Shown: positions 62,520 to 64,000 of the stretch, piece by piece
How the letters are laid out: every line of letters begins with the position of its first letter
Numbering within the stretch: position 1 is the first letter of the stretch
Assembly: GCA_951406725.2 (NCBI GenBank)
Contig: OX597818.1
Location: forward strand, 49,724,001 to 49,788,000
Reading direction: 5' to 3'
Source: Octopus vulgaris
Taxonomy: Eukaryota
DNA length: 64,000 nucleotides
The notes under the pieces: model-generated
What the model saw: the letters and a program-made list of their open reading frames with translations, nothing else
What the model was told of the DNA's origin: nothing
Database searches by the model: none
Position numbers and translations under genes: made by a program

Positions 62520-63613
62520 CTAAAGCAGAAAAGGAAAAAAGCAGTTGTAAGGCTAAAACCACAATGGCTTAAACTAAACACTTTACTAAAGAGCTGTTTT
62601 TAGATACAGTTGCAAAATAAATATTCCCACAACTAGAACCAGTTGTGAGACTTGACTACACACCAACATAATTAAAAAACTGTTGGAATTGTAATTGCTT
62701 GACAAACGGCTTGCTATAGACCATGTGTTGAAACTGAAACATTTTACAATGTGAGAAAAGTCAACACACACACACGCCCACACACAAACAATATGAAATT
62801 TTTTTTGTTTTCTTGACAGTATGCTATAAAATGTCAAAATGTTTTCTTATACACCTATAACCTGGTCACTGAAATGAAATACTTCCCAAGGCATTGTTAA
62901 AGATATGAAATAGTTGTTAAGACGTTTCTACAAGGTTTCATACTAGAGCTTCAGAAATATGCTATCTATAGATAGCATATCAAGTAATAGAGATACTATT
63001 TATAGTCTTATCAAGCTTCTGAAGTAGCAATCATACAGACATTTTTCTTAAGATGGTGGGAAAACCAGATTAAGTACAACTGCTATATTTCTAAGAAATA
63101 TAACTATGTGGTTAATGAGTTTATTTCACACTCTTAAGGCTCTAGACTAGATCCCACTGCAGGACACCTTGAGCAAGTGTTTTCTACCACAGCCATGGGT
63201 CAACCCAAGTATTGTGAGTGAAACTGGGTGGATGGAAACTATGCAGAATCTGGCTGAAAATTTAATATAGTACCACTAGGTCCTTAAGTGCTTTAGCAGA
63301 GTCCATTCTGTTGTAAGCATTTAGCTTACATGTCTCTGGTCGGAGGGTAACTCTTGGGCCATGGTTTCAGTCTCAGAGACCTTCCAAATGTCAGGTGGGC
63401 TGGTCCTTCAACCTCTGACAGTCACAAAATACAATAAAAAAGCAGCACAAGTGACCACAGAGAAGTTCCCTTATTGGTTTAATGACTTTGTTGGTTCATA
63501 ATAACAACAGAAACTTTACAAAAAAAAAAAAAAAAAGAAATCACATACAGTTTAGAAAACTTGAAACATTAAAGAAACTATCATCAATTTATTCTGTATT
63601 CTTGATGAACCAG

Positions 63614-63728
63614 ATTTATGATTAAAAATGTTATTAATGGGCCATATTTATGATTAAAAATGTTTTTAATGGACCATATTTATGATTAAAAATGTTTTTA
63701 ATGGAGCAAATTTATGATTAAAAATGTT
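63614..63728. repeat. 32-bp minisatellite, about 3.5 units
   Basis: atttatgattaaaaatgtt recurs at 63614, 63646, 63678 and 63710. Confidence 0.9.
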
Positions 63729-64000
63729 CCATACATTACATCTAGAACATTATTTGATGTATGCTTCCTTTTATTTTCAAGATGGCAGGGAAATCTGATT
63801 GCTATTTATAACAAATCAAGTCCCATGTAAAAGGATTGGATTGATTGATATCTCTAACAACCACATTAAGGCTACCATGGCTTCTTGATTTCTTTGTTGT
63901 TTCACATAAGATTGATGTTGAAGGTAGTGGTGATAGAGTATCAGTAAAGTTGACACTTATAGGCATAAACATACAAATTTTATTTGAAATTATTTTCAGG

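Noticed and set aside
62957-62980. 24-bp perfect palindrome atatgctatctatagatagcatat
   Set aside because: It is isolated and AT-rich, with no TSD or family evidence in this window.
63790-63955. Stop-free minus-strand stretch as another SEC31 exon
   Set aside because: There is no convincing splice-site pair or SEC31 similarity.

Overview
AT-rich, repeat-dominated animal genomic DNA, most likely an octopus (coleoid cephalopod); this is inferred from the SINE/RTE repeat landscape. Only two host genes are supportable: a single-exon-CDS copper chaperone ATOX1 (33681-33893, -) and the last five coding exons of SEC31 (62519 to 54169, -). The rest is microsatellites plus transposable elements. These include about 20 5'-truncated RTE LINE 3' ends, RTE and CR1-group RT fragments, three tRNA-headed SINE families, mariner/Tc1 relics, piggyBac-, Merlin- and MULE-like MITEs, a head-to-tail Helitron dimer, R4/Dong-like and Hero-like relics, and a Penelope-like element with an open RT plus GIY-YIG frame. 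The most interesting signal is about ten minimal type I hammerhead-ribozyme-like motifs. They sit in short, often palindromic, Penelope-terminus-like inserts inside (TA)n tracts, and several carry recurrent core variants (U3-A8, A6U). A second signal is a tandemly repeated H-type pseudoknot-like unit in the RTE 3' UTR. All folds were paired by eye and none was computed or tested.
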